From a phage: DNA of 64,000 nucleotides. The position numbers were made by a program, and so were the translations under genes. A model generated the notes under the pieces. That model was not told the DNA's origin and made no database searches. It worked only from the letters and a program-made list of their open reading frames with translations. Shown here piece after piece: positions 46,559 through 55,738 of this stretch. The DNA lies in the sequence record PZ229304.1. The stretch is one strand, 5' to 3'. How positions within the stretch are numbered: the stretch's first letter is position 1; each line of letters begins with the position of its first letter.

Positions 46559-47304
46559 TAGTCCTCCTCTAAAGTAGAATAAAATTGTAACGTATTTGAA
46601 TCATCAAAATATGCAAAGGTTAAATTACCATTGAAGCAAGATCCTGTGTCCATATATACCCTATTACTGCTAATTACAGGTTTAGGAACATAAGAATGCC
46701 CGTGAAATACATAATCTACTCCTGAAACTCTAGGAAGAAGAATCCCTTCAAGGGCGCAATCTATCATATCACGATCCCACATTAAAGATTCTGTGAATCG
46801 AGATACTTGCTCTTTATTCATATTCAAACAAAATGGCAAAACTTCTGTCACTGGTAAATGTTCCAAAACTGAAGGATACCCACCGTGAATAAAGCCTAGT
46901 TTCATATCACGATAATTGACAACAAGTACAACAGGTAAATCTTCTAGCATCAAAGCAAGAGCAGTTGCACCCTCTTCTCCACACTCGTCTAGAACTGTAT
47001 GGCCTCCGTTCTGAAACCAACATTCGTAATATCGTCTATCACCTTCTAGCAACCCTTTAATCATCATATCTTCATGATTTCCACGAATACCATAACGATT
47101 TAGCTTTCTGGTGAATTCAACAACACAACGAAAATTCTGCTTGCCGCGATCTGTAAGATCTCCTAAAGATACAACAACATCTTGATCTCGGATACCTAAA
47201 GTATTAACACCTTTCTGGTACAAATCAAAGCAACCATGTAAATCACCAATAATAAATAGGTCTTGATCATCTTTTACACTAATTTCTTGATATACTAGCA
47301 TCAA
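46558..47304 (-). CDS. Ser/Thr protein phosphatase (metallophosphoesterase, lambda-PPase-like)
   Basis: GDLHGCFDL, GDLTDRG and GNHE motifs. Confidence 0.75.
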   Translation of the reverse strand: MMLVYQEISVKDDQDLFIIGDLHGCFDLYQKGVNTLGIRDQDVVVSLGDLTDRGKQNFRCVVEFTRKLNRYGIRGNHEDMMIKGLLEGDRRYYECWFQNGGHTVLDECGEEGATALALMLEDLPVVLVVNYRDMKLGFIHGGYPSVLEHLPVTEVLPFCLNMNKEQVSRFTESLMWDRDMIDCALEGILLPRVSGVDYVFHGHSYVPKPVISSNRVYMDTGSCFNGNLTFAYFDDSNTLQFYSTLEED

Positions 47305-47627
47305 CTCTCCTCAAAATCCATAAGTATAAAGATATTAACTTTACCTTCTATATTATGTTCTACAACAAGATCTGCAAATTCTTTGTAGGCTTTTTCTTCT
47401 ATTTGTTCAATGTGAGACGCTACATCTTTGTATATAGCGTCACCATCTACTTTAACAAGGAGGAATAGAGATCTTACTTCAATCTCTTTATTTTTACGGG
47501 GTAGAAAATCGACGGCTTCTTGTATACGCCAGCCGAGATACCCTGGAGTCCTTTGAATATCCTCCAAATGACTTTCTAAGATTTCCCTTCCTTTGTCTAT
47601 TAAAGCCTGTTCTGTCGTTATTTTCAT
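47301..47627 (-). CDS. hypothetical protein
   Basis: 108-aa track ORF. Confidence 0.45.
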   Translation of the reverse strand: MKITTEQALIDKGREILESHLEDIQRTPGYLGWRIQEAVDFLPRKNKEIEVRSLFLLVKVDGDAIYKDVASHIEQIEEKAYKEFADLVVEHNIEGKVNIFILMDFEES

Positions 47628-47637
47628 CCCCTTCTCC

Positions 47638-48210
47638 TTAATGTGTTAATGAAACTGCGTAGCTAAACACAGGTTCAGATATTACATCGGCTACAGTAAT
47701 AAAAACGTCTTCGTCTTGAGTTGTTTCTACACGACATACAGTTACACCATTCACCACGAATTCAACGCAATGTGGAATATCTTCACAAACGAAGGTAGTG
47801 TAAGTAACACCCAAAGCATCATACAAAGATTTAACAGTGTTTGCAAGTGCCGCAGTTTCTTCTTTTTCTGAGACAATGAATGCTGTAACAACAAGATTGT
47901 TTGCATAGTTTAGACTGTCCTCTATAGCCAATGATTTACAAGGTAGTAATGCAAAATATTTACCTGGTTTAATCAGACCTGCTTCCCATTGATTCAAAAT
48001 TGCTTGGGATGGTTTAGTAATATAAAACAGATTTTCACTTGGGTTATCAATATTACTTCTGGCGATACAACGTGAAGGATTATTAATATCAAACACATGA
48101 TCAAAATCTACACAAACTGGTAAACTGAAAGGTGTGAATTTTTTACCTAATAATCCTACTGCTGACAATATGTTTACTGTGCTTATCTTCCCGTTAAAAG
48201 CTAAACGCAT
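47638..48210 (-). CDS. hypothetical protein
   Basis: 190-aa track ORF. Confidence 0.45.
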   Translation of the reverse strand: MRLAFNGKISTVNILSAVGLLGKKFTPFSLPVCVDFDHVFDINNPSRCIARSNIDNPSENLFYITKPSQAILNQWEAGLIKPGKYFALLPCKSLAIEDSLNYANNLVVTAFIVSEKEETAALANTVKSLYDALGVTYTTFVCEDIPHCVEFVVNGVTVCRVETTQDEDVFITVADVISEPVFSYAVSLTH

Positions 48211-48221
48211 ATTTAACTCCT

Positions 48222-48425
48222 TTAACTAGCAACCGTAACTTCCGAACTTTCTTCTTTCGTACTGTCTACGATATGCCTGGTGGCAATATACGAGACTTGC
48301 CAGTTACCATCTGGTGTAGTCTCAATAAGTACCCTATCTACTTCGAGAAAATGCAAAAATTCAACCATCGCTCGCTTCGATAGGAATTGTTTTTTAACAG
48401 TCTCCTCAAAAGATTGAACTGCCAT
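48222..48425 (-). CDS. hypothetical protein
   Basis: 67-aa track ORF. Confidence 0.4.
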   Translation of the reverse strand: MAVQSFEETVKKQFLSKRAMVEFLHFLEVDRVLIETTPDGNWQVSYIATRHIVDSTKEESSEVTVAS

Positions 48426-48434
48426 GTTTCCTCC

Positions 48435-49097
48435 TTATTTAATATTCAATTTTGCACAAAGACGTTGTACCGCTTTGGCATCGAACAAACTCCCACGAAT
48501 AGTTCTCTTTCCTGATTCATTCAGATGCTTTGCAATCGTCATATATGGCGTTTTACAAGCTCTGTATGCAACTAAAGAATCTTTTAAAGAAAGCGCAAAC
48601 TCTTTTGAGCGTTTTGCTTCTTCCGTTTTCGTATAATCTGTTCTTTTGTATTTAGGGTTTGCTGCACCAAGAAGCGTTCCCTTCGCTTTTGCTACCTTAA
48701 GGCTCTTCTTAACACGATCAGATATTGCACGAGCCTCTTCTTCTGCCAGAACTGCTAAAATATTTATTATCATATTTTCAGCGGAGGGCATAGTTGCTAT
48801 TCGTACATTAATCATCTCTAACAAGGTTGCAACAGAAGCTGTGTTACGTCCAAGACGGTCAACCTTAGCAACAACAAGTGTAGCACCTGTTTCTTTGCAA
48901 AGATTAACAGCTTTTACAAGCTCTCTACGTTGCTTCCAATCGCCTTTACCAGAATAAAACTCTGCAAAGCTACCTACAATAGTATAATTTTCTTGTGAAT
49001 CCAGGAAGCGTTGAATATCTGCTTCCTGTGATTCTATACCATACTGGTTGCCTTGTTGTTTCTTCTTAGAAAGTCGATGATATAGTACAAACTTCAT
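48435..49097 (-). CDS. serine recombinase (resolvase/invertase family)
   Basis: N-terminal YHRLSKKKQ (candidate catalytic Ser), LVVAKVDRLGRN, AEEEARAISDRVKKSLKVAKAKG; about 220 aa, so the small resolvase/invertase class. Confidence 0.65.
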   Translation of the reverse strand: MKFVLYHRLSKKKQQGNQYGIESQEADIQRFLDSQENYTIVGSFAEFYSGKGDWKQRRELVKAVNLCKETGATLVVAKVDRLGRNTASVATLLEMINVRIATMPSAENMIINILAVLAEEEARAISDRVKKSLKVAKAKGTLLGAANPKYKRTDYTKTEEAKRSKEFALSLKDSLVAYRACKTPYMTIAKHLNESGKRTIRGSLFDAKAVQRLCAKLNIK

Positions 49098-49154
49098 AAT
49101 ACCCTCCTGTTCTGTTACAGGAAGTATGCACTACCTTAATGTTAAAGTCAACAG

Positions 49155-49358
49155 TTAAGTAGTGGTAATATCATCCTCTTGAATACCAGGGTCAACTTCT
49201 GCAAAGATAGCCTCTACAGGAATTTCTTCACCTGCTATTCTAGAAAGAAGCACTGAACCAATAGCTTTTGCGTGTTCTTCGGATTCCGCATAAACATTAG
49301 TTCCTGTGTCTTTTTTCTTAGTTTCGTTAAAATATACCAGATAGTAATTGTATGCCAT
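49155..49358 (-). CDS. hypothetical protein
   Basis: 67-aa track ORF. Confidence 0.4.
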   Translation of the reverse strand: MAYNYYLVYFNETKKKDTGTNVYAESEEHAKAIGSVLLSRIAGEEIPVEAIFAEVDPGIQEDDITTT

Positions 49359-49609
49359 TATTCATCCCAATCGCCGTTACGAGCACTTTCAAGAACCTTG
49401 ACAACTTCTGCATACTCTACAGCTAAACCAGCACATACTTCAGCTTGTTTTGCAATTGCTTGCTTAAAGAACATAGCGATTGCAACACTCTGTGTTGTGT
49501 GAATGTTATCTGCTTTAGTTGATACATGAAGATCAAAATCTTCTTCATCAAAGGTGAGTTCCATAGTAACAATAAATTTCTCGGTCATAAAAATGCTCCT
49601 CTTAAACAA
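49358..49609 (-). CDS. hypothetical protein
   Basis: 83-aa track ORF. Confidence 0.4.
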   Translation of the reverse strand: MFKRSIFMTEKFIVTMELTFDEEDFDLHVSTKADNIHTTQSVAIAMFFKQAIAKQAEVCAGLAVEYAEVVKVLESARNGDWDE

Positions 49610-50111
49610 AATAGAAAGGTTGAGTTAAACCCAGCCTGTTTTTTGGGTCGTAGACGTACCAAGCATATGCTGTCTTATCAGTACCACCTGCAACAAAAGA
49701 TGGTCGTTCAGAAAGAACAATCAAATTTGTTGGTGGATTCTGTTTATGGAATTCCCTTCGTTTAATAGACTCTAGGAACCCAAGACGCAACAAGTATATG
49801 CAAACGTCTGCTTCTTTTAAGCTCTTTTGCAAGAACTCAAGTGCAAGTTTGAATGGGGGATTTGTGATTATAATATCCGGCTTAGTATGCCATTCGTGGT
49901 TAAAATAATCTTTCCCTTCTTCTAACTCACAATATTCTGATCCTTCTGGAAAATGTTGATAAATTGCAGCAGCAGCGCCTTTACACGGTTCTGCAAAAAT
50001 AAAACCTTCTTCTTTAAGGTTATTAAAATCTATTACACTAAATAATGCATTTATACATTTTTGTGGAGTAGGATAGTAATCAGTTGGTGGACGATCATAC
50101 TTATTTGCCAC
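49602..50111 (-). CDS. DNA N6-adenine methyltransferase (phage Dam-like), orphan
   Basis: DYYPTP near the N-terminus and catalytic IITNPPF motif. Confidence 0.65.
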   Translation of the reverse strand: MANKYDRPPTDYYPTPQKCINALFSVIDFNNLKEEGFIFAEPCKGAAAAIYQHFPEGSEYCELEEGKDYFNHEWHTKPDIIITNPPFKLALEFLQKSLKEADVCIYLLRLGFLESIKRREFHKQNPPTNLIVLSERPSFVAGGTDKTAYAWYVYDPKNRLGLTQPFYFV

Positions 50112-50529
50112 TACTTAAAATCTCCTCTTTTGTGATTTCAGGGTCTTCTTCAAAAACCATAATATCTCTTAAGAACGTTAATTCTTCCATAGATACTGGT
50201 ATTGTATCTTCTTCTGTTTTTCGTTTACATAAATCGTCAAGAAAGTTTTTAAAGTTTTCTGACAAATCGTAAAATTTCAACAGTTGATAATCACAGGAGG
50301 AGATCCTATCTAGTTCTAACATTCTTTCTAAGATATTTTCTGTGTTGCCATACAGCACACGAACTTCTCCGAAAGGGTTGACTGAGTATTGTGAAGTTCT
50401 GAACCATCCCTTTTTAGATACAGTGTAACGCTGTTCTGCTAAACTTTCAATAAAATTTTTAGCTCTTTTACAGTTTTGTTCTAAAGAGTAGTAGGCTTTT
50501 TCTACAAAGGTTACAGGTACTGGTAACAT
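50101..50529 (-). CDS. hypothetical protein
   Basis: 142-aa track ORF. Confidence 0.45.
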   Translation of the reverse strand: MLPVPVTFVEKAYYSLEQNCKRAKNFIESLAEQRYTVSKKGWFRTSQYSVNPFGEVRVLYGNTENILERMLELDRISSCDYQLLKFYDLSENFKNFLDDLCKRKTEEDTIPVSMEELTFLRDIMVFEEDPEITKEEILSSGK

Positions 50530-50569
50530 ATCTCCTCCTAATAACCCCCTCGCGGGGGTTTATACTAGA

Positions 50570-51223
50570 TTAATTATCAGAGGACACTTTATCAAGTTTT
50601 TCAGAGACTGTCAATACTTTTTCTTGTGATTCTTTCATTTCTGCTAAAATACTTTCAGCTTCATCACTATCAGGATCACCAGTCAACAGCATACTAATTA
50701 GTTGCTCCTTGCTGAAGTTCAGAATATCTTCCGCTGTTAACTCCAGTTGTTCTTCGATCTCTTCGATAAAAGTTTCACCGCCTGAAAAAGCATCTCGCAG
50801 TTTTGCAACTTCCATCGCTTCTTCTGGAGTTGCCCCTGCATCTAAAGCTGCTAAAGCAAAATCTGCCCCACTACCAACAGCATAATAATCTTCAGTTAAA
50901 GGATATGCTCGCGTTGGATTATTACCCTCGTGCATATAAATTTTACCGTCTGGGTGAACAACCAATGCCACAAACTCTTCATCTTCTTTATCAGGATCGG
51001 ACTGGATCACCAAACCTGGGATTGTCTCTTGTGCTGCTTGGCATTGTAAGTTTTGTTCGAACCAAGAAAAGAAAGTCAGGATAGAAGACAGACGTCCTGC
51101 ACCACCAACAAGGTAGTCCCCAATTTTACGCACTTTCTTGAAATTTAAAGTGTCTACACGACTACCTACTGTTACTTTACCGTCAGACAGAATTTTGTTA
51201 CGTGTTGCAATAATTGTTGTCAT
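50570..51223 (-). CDS. HslV-like Ntn-hydrolase peptidase with acidic C-terminal extension
   Basis: MTTIIATRN (Thr right after initiator Met), KKVRKIGDYLVGGAG, AVGSGADFALAALDAG parallel HslV TTIVSVRR, KKVRR, AIGSGG.YA. Confidence 0.5.
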   Translation of the reverse strand: MTTIIATRNKILSDGKVTVGSRVDTLNFKKVRKIGDYLVGGAGRLSSILTFFSWFEQNLQCQAAQETIPGLVIQSDPDKEDEEFVALVVHPDGKIYMHEGNNPTRAYPLTEDYYAVGSGADFALAALDAGATPEEAMEVAKLRDAFSGGETFIEEIEEQLELTAEDILNFSKEQLISMLLTGDPDSDEAESILAEMKESQEKVLTVSEKLDKVSSDN

Positions 51224-51714
51224 TGTACTTCCTCCTGTAGTGTTTTAAGGACTGCTTTACCACCGCTTACATATTTACGGAGGTAATCAATAGCTCTTAG
51301 TGTTTCTTTATCCACAAGAATTTTATTAGTTCTTGTTAGTGGATGATTTAGTAAATCACTGCAATTTCTTACTAACATAGATTTCTTGTGAAAAATACTG
51401 CTAAGAAAAAGAAGTTTAGAATCTTCTTCATCAATCAGGAGTAATTCTGAATTAGACCCAGCTACATTTATTATACACTCAAACAAGCCTTCTTGACTAT
51501 CAGATAATTCCTGGTAATATTTAGTTAGCCAATCCTCGCCTTTTAACCAACTAAAAAACATCTGAACTTTTTGCAAAGTTGTCATGTTCTCTAAACGAAG
51601 AGATATTTCTTTTTCAATCTTGTCAATATAAATCTGTCTAAACTCATTCGGCTTAACTAAGCCAGCTTGATAGCATTCATCAATACCATTGCGATCAATC
51701 TCAATTAGCGTCAT
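51220..51714 (-). CDS. hypothetical protein
   Basis: 164-aa track ORF. Confidence 0.45.
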   Translation of the reverse strand: MTLIEIDRNGIDECYQAGLVKPNEFRQIYIDKIEKEISLRLENMTTLQKVQMFFSWLKGEDWLTKYYQELSDSQEGLFECIINVAGSNSELLLIDEEDSKLLFLSSIFHKKSMLVRNCSDLLNHPLTRTNKILVDKETLRAIDYLRKYVSGGKAVLKTLQEEVQ

Positions 51715-51750
51715 TTAACCTCCATAACAGGCATCCTTGCCTTGTAATTA

Positions 51751-52503
51751 TTAGTATACTTCCGTGATGAACTGAGACAAACGGGAACGTTGGTTATCAG
51801 CAGTTGTCATTTCAACATAACCAATAAAATCCACAATAGCTTCCCTTTCTCCTTCTTCATTAATAGGAACAACACGATCTAACAAATCACCTAACCCGTT
51901 AGCTCTTCGTTTAATTGCATATGTTTGATTAACATCGCCCATAATGACAATACGTGTATTAAGACCTGCTCGCTCAAGGAGAAGTTTTACTGTATTTGGT
52001 GACATAAGTTGAACTTCATCAATAAGAATAATGCTGTTATCCCACGTAGCACCTAGTGCATAGTTTGGAATATTAAGTTCAATTTTGCCACTTGCAATAT
52101 CGTTTTCCAATTTATTTGCAGTCATAAACTGTTGGAAAATTCTTTTAGTTGATTCGTAGTGTGCTGCTAGTTTATCAGTCTTATCTCCAGATAAGAAACC
52201 AATTTGATCATCACCTACTTCTGTCGGGTTTTTAAGGAAAATCAACTTTCTGAAATCACCAGCTTTAAGCATTTGCAATGCTTTCCACAGTGCTGTTGTC
52301 GTTTTTCCTGTTCCTGCTGGGGCATTAACAATGGTTAAATCATTCCAAACCATGCTTCTTACAATAGCTTCTTGATTCCCAACAGGGGTAAATTCATCAA
52401 GACGGTAATCATCATTTCCTACTGCTTTAGCCGCATAACGACTGGCACGTTTGTCATCATTGGCTGCTGATTGACGACGAGCCTTTGCGGTTTTATTTCC
52501 CAT
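51751..52503 (-). CDS. phoH: PhoH-like ATPase
   Basis: Walker A NAPAGTGKTTTA, Walker B IILIDEVQ, PhoH-like length. Confidence 0.8.
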   Translation of the reverse strand: MGNKTAKARRQSAANDDKRASRYAAKAVGNDDYRLDEFTPVGNQEAIVRSMVWNDLTIVNAPAGTGKTTTALWKALQMLKAGDFRKLIFLKNPTEVGDDQIGFLSGDKTDKLAAHYESTKRIFQQFMTANKLENDIASGKIELNIPNYALGATWDNSIILIDEVQLMSPNTVKLLLERAGLNTRIVIMGDVNQTYAIKRRANGLGDLLDRVVPINEEGEREAIVDFIGYVEMTTADNQRSRLSQFITEVY

Positions 52504-52515
52504 GTTTGCACTCCT

Positions 52516-52540
52516 TATAAAAGGGGCTTTCGCCCCTTTG
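52516..52540 (-). terminator. intrinsic terminator
   Basis: AGGGGCTTTCGCCCCT hairpin with T-run on the minus strand. Confidence 0.55.
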
Positions 52541-52541
52541 T

Positions 52542-53042
52542 TTAGTTATAAGCGTCTAATGTTCCAGTTTTAAGTACCTGAATTACACGCTCTGCGCGAT
52601 TAGGCGTTTGGCGATACCATTTACTTTTACGTAAATTTATAGAGGCTTGAGTATAATATGAATTACTCACTAAAGTCAAGCTATTTTTGAAAGATTCTGC
52701 ACCTTTCAATCCCATTTGAAATACCATATTGATAATAGCCATTTTACGATTAGGACTTACTTTATCGTAAATAGGAGATAATATGGTGCTTGAATGGATC
52801 TGTTGTATCGCTTTCTTTACGTCACTCTCAAAGATTTTTCTAGCTTCCGCTTCAGTAATAACCCCATTGGTTTTTCTACCTACTAAGTTATCAAGAATGC
52901 GTATAGCTTCTGCTTTATCTTTGCGTTTTGTCAGAAGGTGTCCAATACCAACTGTCCAATACCCTTCGGTATCAGGATACACAGTTAGCTTTAGTCCTTC
53001 ATCAAAACGTAACATATCAAACACATCAACTACTTTAGCCAT
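52542..53042 (-). CDS. T4-type lysozyme (GH24 endolysin)
   Basis: MAKVVDVFDMLRFDEGLKLTVYPDTEGYWTVGIGHLLTK..INMVFQMG..KSKWYRQTPNRAERV closely parallels T4 gene e lysozyme, including catalytic E, D and T positions. Confidence 0.85.
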   Translation of the reverse strand: MAKVVDVFDMLRFDEGLKLTVYPDTEGYWTVGIGHLLTKRKDKAEAIRILDNLVGRKTNGVITEAEARKIFESDVKKAIQQIHSSTILSPIYDKVSPNRKMAIINMVFQMGLKGAESFKNSLTLVSNSYYTQASINLRKSKWYRQTPNRAERVIQVLKTGTLDAYN

Positions 53043-53202
53043 GTTTTCCTTATATTAGTCGCCCTCCCCATGATCTAGCTCTTGAAACAGTAGGTGTTCA
53101 GGAGACATTTCACGTTTAGGCTTCGTCTTTTTAGTTTGGGACTTAAGCTCTGTTGCCAAAGCACGAGAAAAGATCTTACGTTTCTGTTTACCTTTCATAT
53201 TG

Positions 53203-53469
53203 TTACTCCGCAATCTGAGCCATGAATTCACGTAGTTCAGAAAAACCTCCTACGTGGGTTAGCTGTTCACCATCTTCCACAAAAATCTGAGGAAATGTGC
53301 GTGGTAGAACACCTGTTTTCTCTAAAACCAGATTCTGAATCTGATCTAAAGAATAGTCTTCATCTAAGGTAAGGTATTTAAAATCCTGTTCACGCTGTTC
53401 TAGTAGAATCTTAGCGTTAGTGCAGAAAGGACAATTTGGTTTACCGTAGATAATAAAATTCATTTTCAC
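53203..53469 (-). CDS. glutaredoxin-like protein
   Basis: CPFC active-site motif near the N-terminus, 88 aa, positioned with the RNR genes. Confidence 0.7.
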   Translation of the reverse strand: MKMNFIIYGKPNCPFCTNAKILLEQREQDFKYLTLDEDYSLDQIQNLVLEKTGVLPRTFPQIFVEDGEQLTHVGGFSELREFMAQIAE

Positions 53470-54296
53470 TCCTTGTTTAAAAGTATAGTTAAAGTTCTTA
53501 CAATACCGCTATCAACACTTCGCGGATTTAAAGTAGGATCTGTTTTTAAATAAGATGTTGCTGGTCTGACTGCTTTGGAATTATAGGTTGAAGCAGATAC
53601 AGGATTAACTGTAACAGACAAATCTATAACAAGAAATATCTTTCGTGCAAAATCATACCAAGAAATATAATCTGCACCTGCATAGTGTACAATTTTACTA
53701 TTTACACCATCTTTTACAAGTTTAAAAATTGTTTCTGCAAGATCAGGTGCATAAGTAGGACATGATAAATGATCACATACTACATTAAATTCTTTTTGAC
53801 CACCGTTGTAGCGTTCCAACATAGTTTTCAAAAAGTTATGTCCAAATTCACTATAAACAGAAGCTGTTCTGATAATAAGTGCTGTAGGACAAACTGCTTG
53901 TACTAAAGTTTCACCTAATTGTTTACTGTAACCGTAGGTGTTCAAGGGGTTTGTTTTACTCTCTTCTGTGCCAGCAACATGTCCATCAAAAACATAGTCT
54001 GTTGAAATATGTACAAACTGTATCAGTAAATCATTACATGCTTTGGCAATGTTTGTTGCACCGTATGCATTAACATTTATACAGGTGTTAACATCTTCTT
54101 CAGCTTTATCTACTGCCGTGTAAGCCGCACAATTCACAACAACATCAGGCACGTGCTGTACAAGACTATTCATAACATCTTTAAAGTTGGTAATGTCTAT
54201 ATCACTTGCTTCAATCAAAATAACATCTTCGGGCGCAACTTTTGCCAAAGACTGTCCTAATTGACCTTTTGAACCAAAGACTAAAAATTTTGTCAA
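53466..54296 (-). CDS. rmlD: dTDP-4-dehydrorhamnose reductase
   Basis: GSKGQLG, PDVVVNCAAYTAVDKAE, HISTDYVFDG, YGYSK motifs. Confidence 0.75.
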   Translation of the reverse strand: MTKFLVFGSKGQLGQSLAKVAPEDVILIEASDIDITNFKDVMNSLVQHVPDVVVNCAAYTAVDKAEEDVNTCINVNAYGATNIAKACNDLLIQFVHISTDYVFDGHVAGTEESKTNPLNTYGYSKQLGETLVQAVCPTALIIRTASVYSEFGHNFLKTMLERYNGGQKEFNVVCDHLSCPTYAPDLAETIFKLVKDGVNSKIVHYAGADYISWYDFARKIFLVIDLSVTVNPVSASTYNSKAVRPATSYLKTDPTLNPRSVDSGIVRTLTILLNKE

Positions 54297-54847
54297 AATA
54301 TGATCTCCTTTAGTGTTTTGGCTTGCTGATCTTTTTGTGACAAGATAGGTTTAAAATTAATATCATTAAAGATTAAATCAAAACCCCAATCTATATTGAT
54401 ATCTGGATCATTCCACGCAAGACTACACTCTGAAGTCGGATCGTAATATTCTGTACATTTATATTCAAAATCAGCAATGTCGCTAATCACAACAAAACCA
54501 TGAGCGAAACCAGGAGGAATCCAAAATTGTGTTTTATTCTTTTCAGATAAAAGAACACCTACCCATTCTCCAAATGTTGGACTACCAACCCTAATATCTA
54601 CAGCAACATCATAAACTTCACCACGAACACAACGTACTAACTTCCCTTGTGGGTTTTTCTTTTGAAAATGAAGCCCACGTAGAACTCCTCGAATAGAACG
54701 TGAGTGGTTATCCTGGACAAAGTTTTGTTTACCTATGTATTGATCATATAAAGCCTGATTAAAACTTTCTAAGAAAAAGCCACGTTCATCTCCGTAAACG
54801 TCAGGTTGAATGATCAACAAATCTTCGATTTTTGTTGCTTGAATCAT
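54293..54847 (-). CDS. rmlC: dTDP-4-dehydrorhamnose 3,5-epimerase
   Basis: YGDERGFF, VLRGLHFQ, KLVRCVRGEVYDVAVDIRVGSPTFGEW, IPPGFAHGF. Confidence 0.8.
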   Translation of the reverse strand: MIQATKIEDLLIIQPDVYGDERGFFLESFNQALYDQYIGKQNFVQDNHSRSIRGVLRGLHFQKKNPQGKLVRCVRGEVYDVAVDIRVGSPTFGEWVGVLLSEKNKTQFWIPPGFAHGFVVISDIADFEYKCTEYYDPTSECSLAWNDPDINIDWGFDLIFNDINFKPILSQKDQQAKTLKEIIF

Positions 54848-54860
54848 TTAATTCCCCCTT

Positions 54861-55730
54861 TTATTTTAATTTAAGTAAATACTTACCGTAGTCTGTTTTA
54901 CTTAAAACCTCTCCAGAACTTTTTACAGAGTCTAAAGTAATCCATTCATTTTTAAAAGCAATCTCTTCCAGGCATGCAACCTTCATACCTTGTTGCTTTT
55001 CTATTGCATGAACAAATTGAGATGCTTCCATAAGACTTTCATGTGTTCCTGTATCCAGCCAAGTGAAACCTCTTCCTAGTTTACAGACACGTAAAGTCTT
55101 TTCTTTCCAGTACATCTCATTTATATCTGTAATCTCTAACTCCCCTCTAGCAGAAGGTTTAACGCTCTTAGCTTTCTGTATAACAGAATTATCGTAAAAG
55201 TACAAGCCTGTGATTGCGTAGTTGCTTTTTGGTGCTTTTGGTTTTTCTTCAATACTCACCACTGTACCTTCAGAATCAAACTCAACAACACCAAATCTTT
55301 CAGGATCATTTACGTGATACCCAAAAATATTAGCTCCACCATTCTTTTCAATATATTCTTTAGCAGAATCTAAAATGCTACCAAAACTCTGACCAAAGAA
55401 TAAATTATCACCTAGCACAAGTGCTACAGAATCTTCACCAATAAAGTTCTCACCAATAATAAATGCTTCTGCTAAACCTTTTGGGCTATCCTGTATTGCA
55501 TACTGTAGGGAAATACCAAAAGAAGAGCCATCACCTAGAAGATTTACAAAATTAATTTGATCTTCTGGTGTTGTAATTATTAGTATTTCCCTAATTCCAG
55601 AAAGCATTAGGACAGAGAGTGGATAATAAATCATAGGTTTATCGTAAATTGGTAATAGTTGTTTACTAACCCCTTTAGTAACTGGGTAAAGTCTTGTTCC
55701 ACTACCACCTGCTAAGATAATACCTTTCAT
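54861..55730 (-). CDS. rmlA: glucose-1-phosphate thymidylyltransferase
   Basis: [35 protein letters not shown] signature. Confidence 0.85.
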   Translation of the reverse strand: MKGIILAGGSGTRLYPVTKGVSKQLLPIYDKPMIYYPLSVLMLSGIREILIITTPEDQINFVNLLGDGSSFGISLQYAIQDSPKGLAEAFIIGENFIGEDSVALVLGDNLFFGQSFGSILDSAKEYIEKNGGANIFGYHVNDPERFGVVEFDSEGTVVSIEEKPKAPKSNYAITGLYFYDNSVIQKAKSVKPSARGELEITDINEMYWKEKTLRVCKLGRGFTWLDTGTHESLMEASQFVHAIEKQQGMKVACLEEIAFKNEWITLDSVKSSGEVLSKTDYGKYLLKLK

Positions 55731-55738
55731 ACTCCTCC

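Noticed and set aside
48435-49097. Integrated prophage or temperate-phage integrase
   Set aside because: The recombinase is a small resolvase/invertase type, not a large serine or tyrosine integrase, and there are no attachment-site features, repressor-like genes or host genes in the window.
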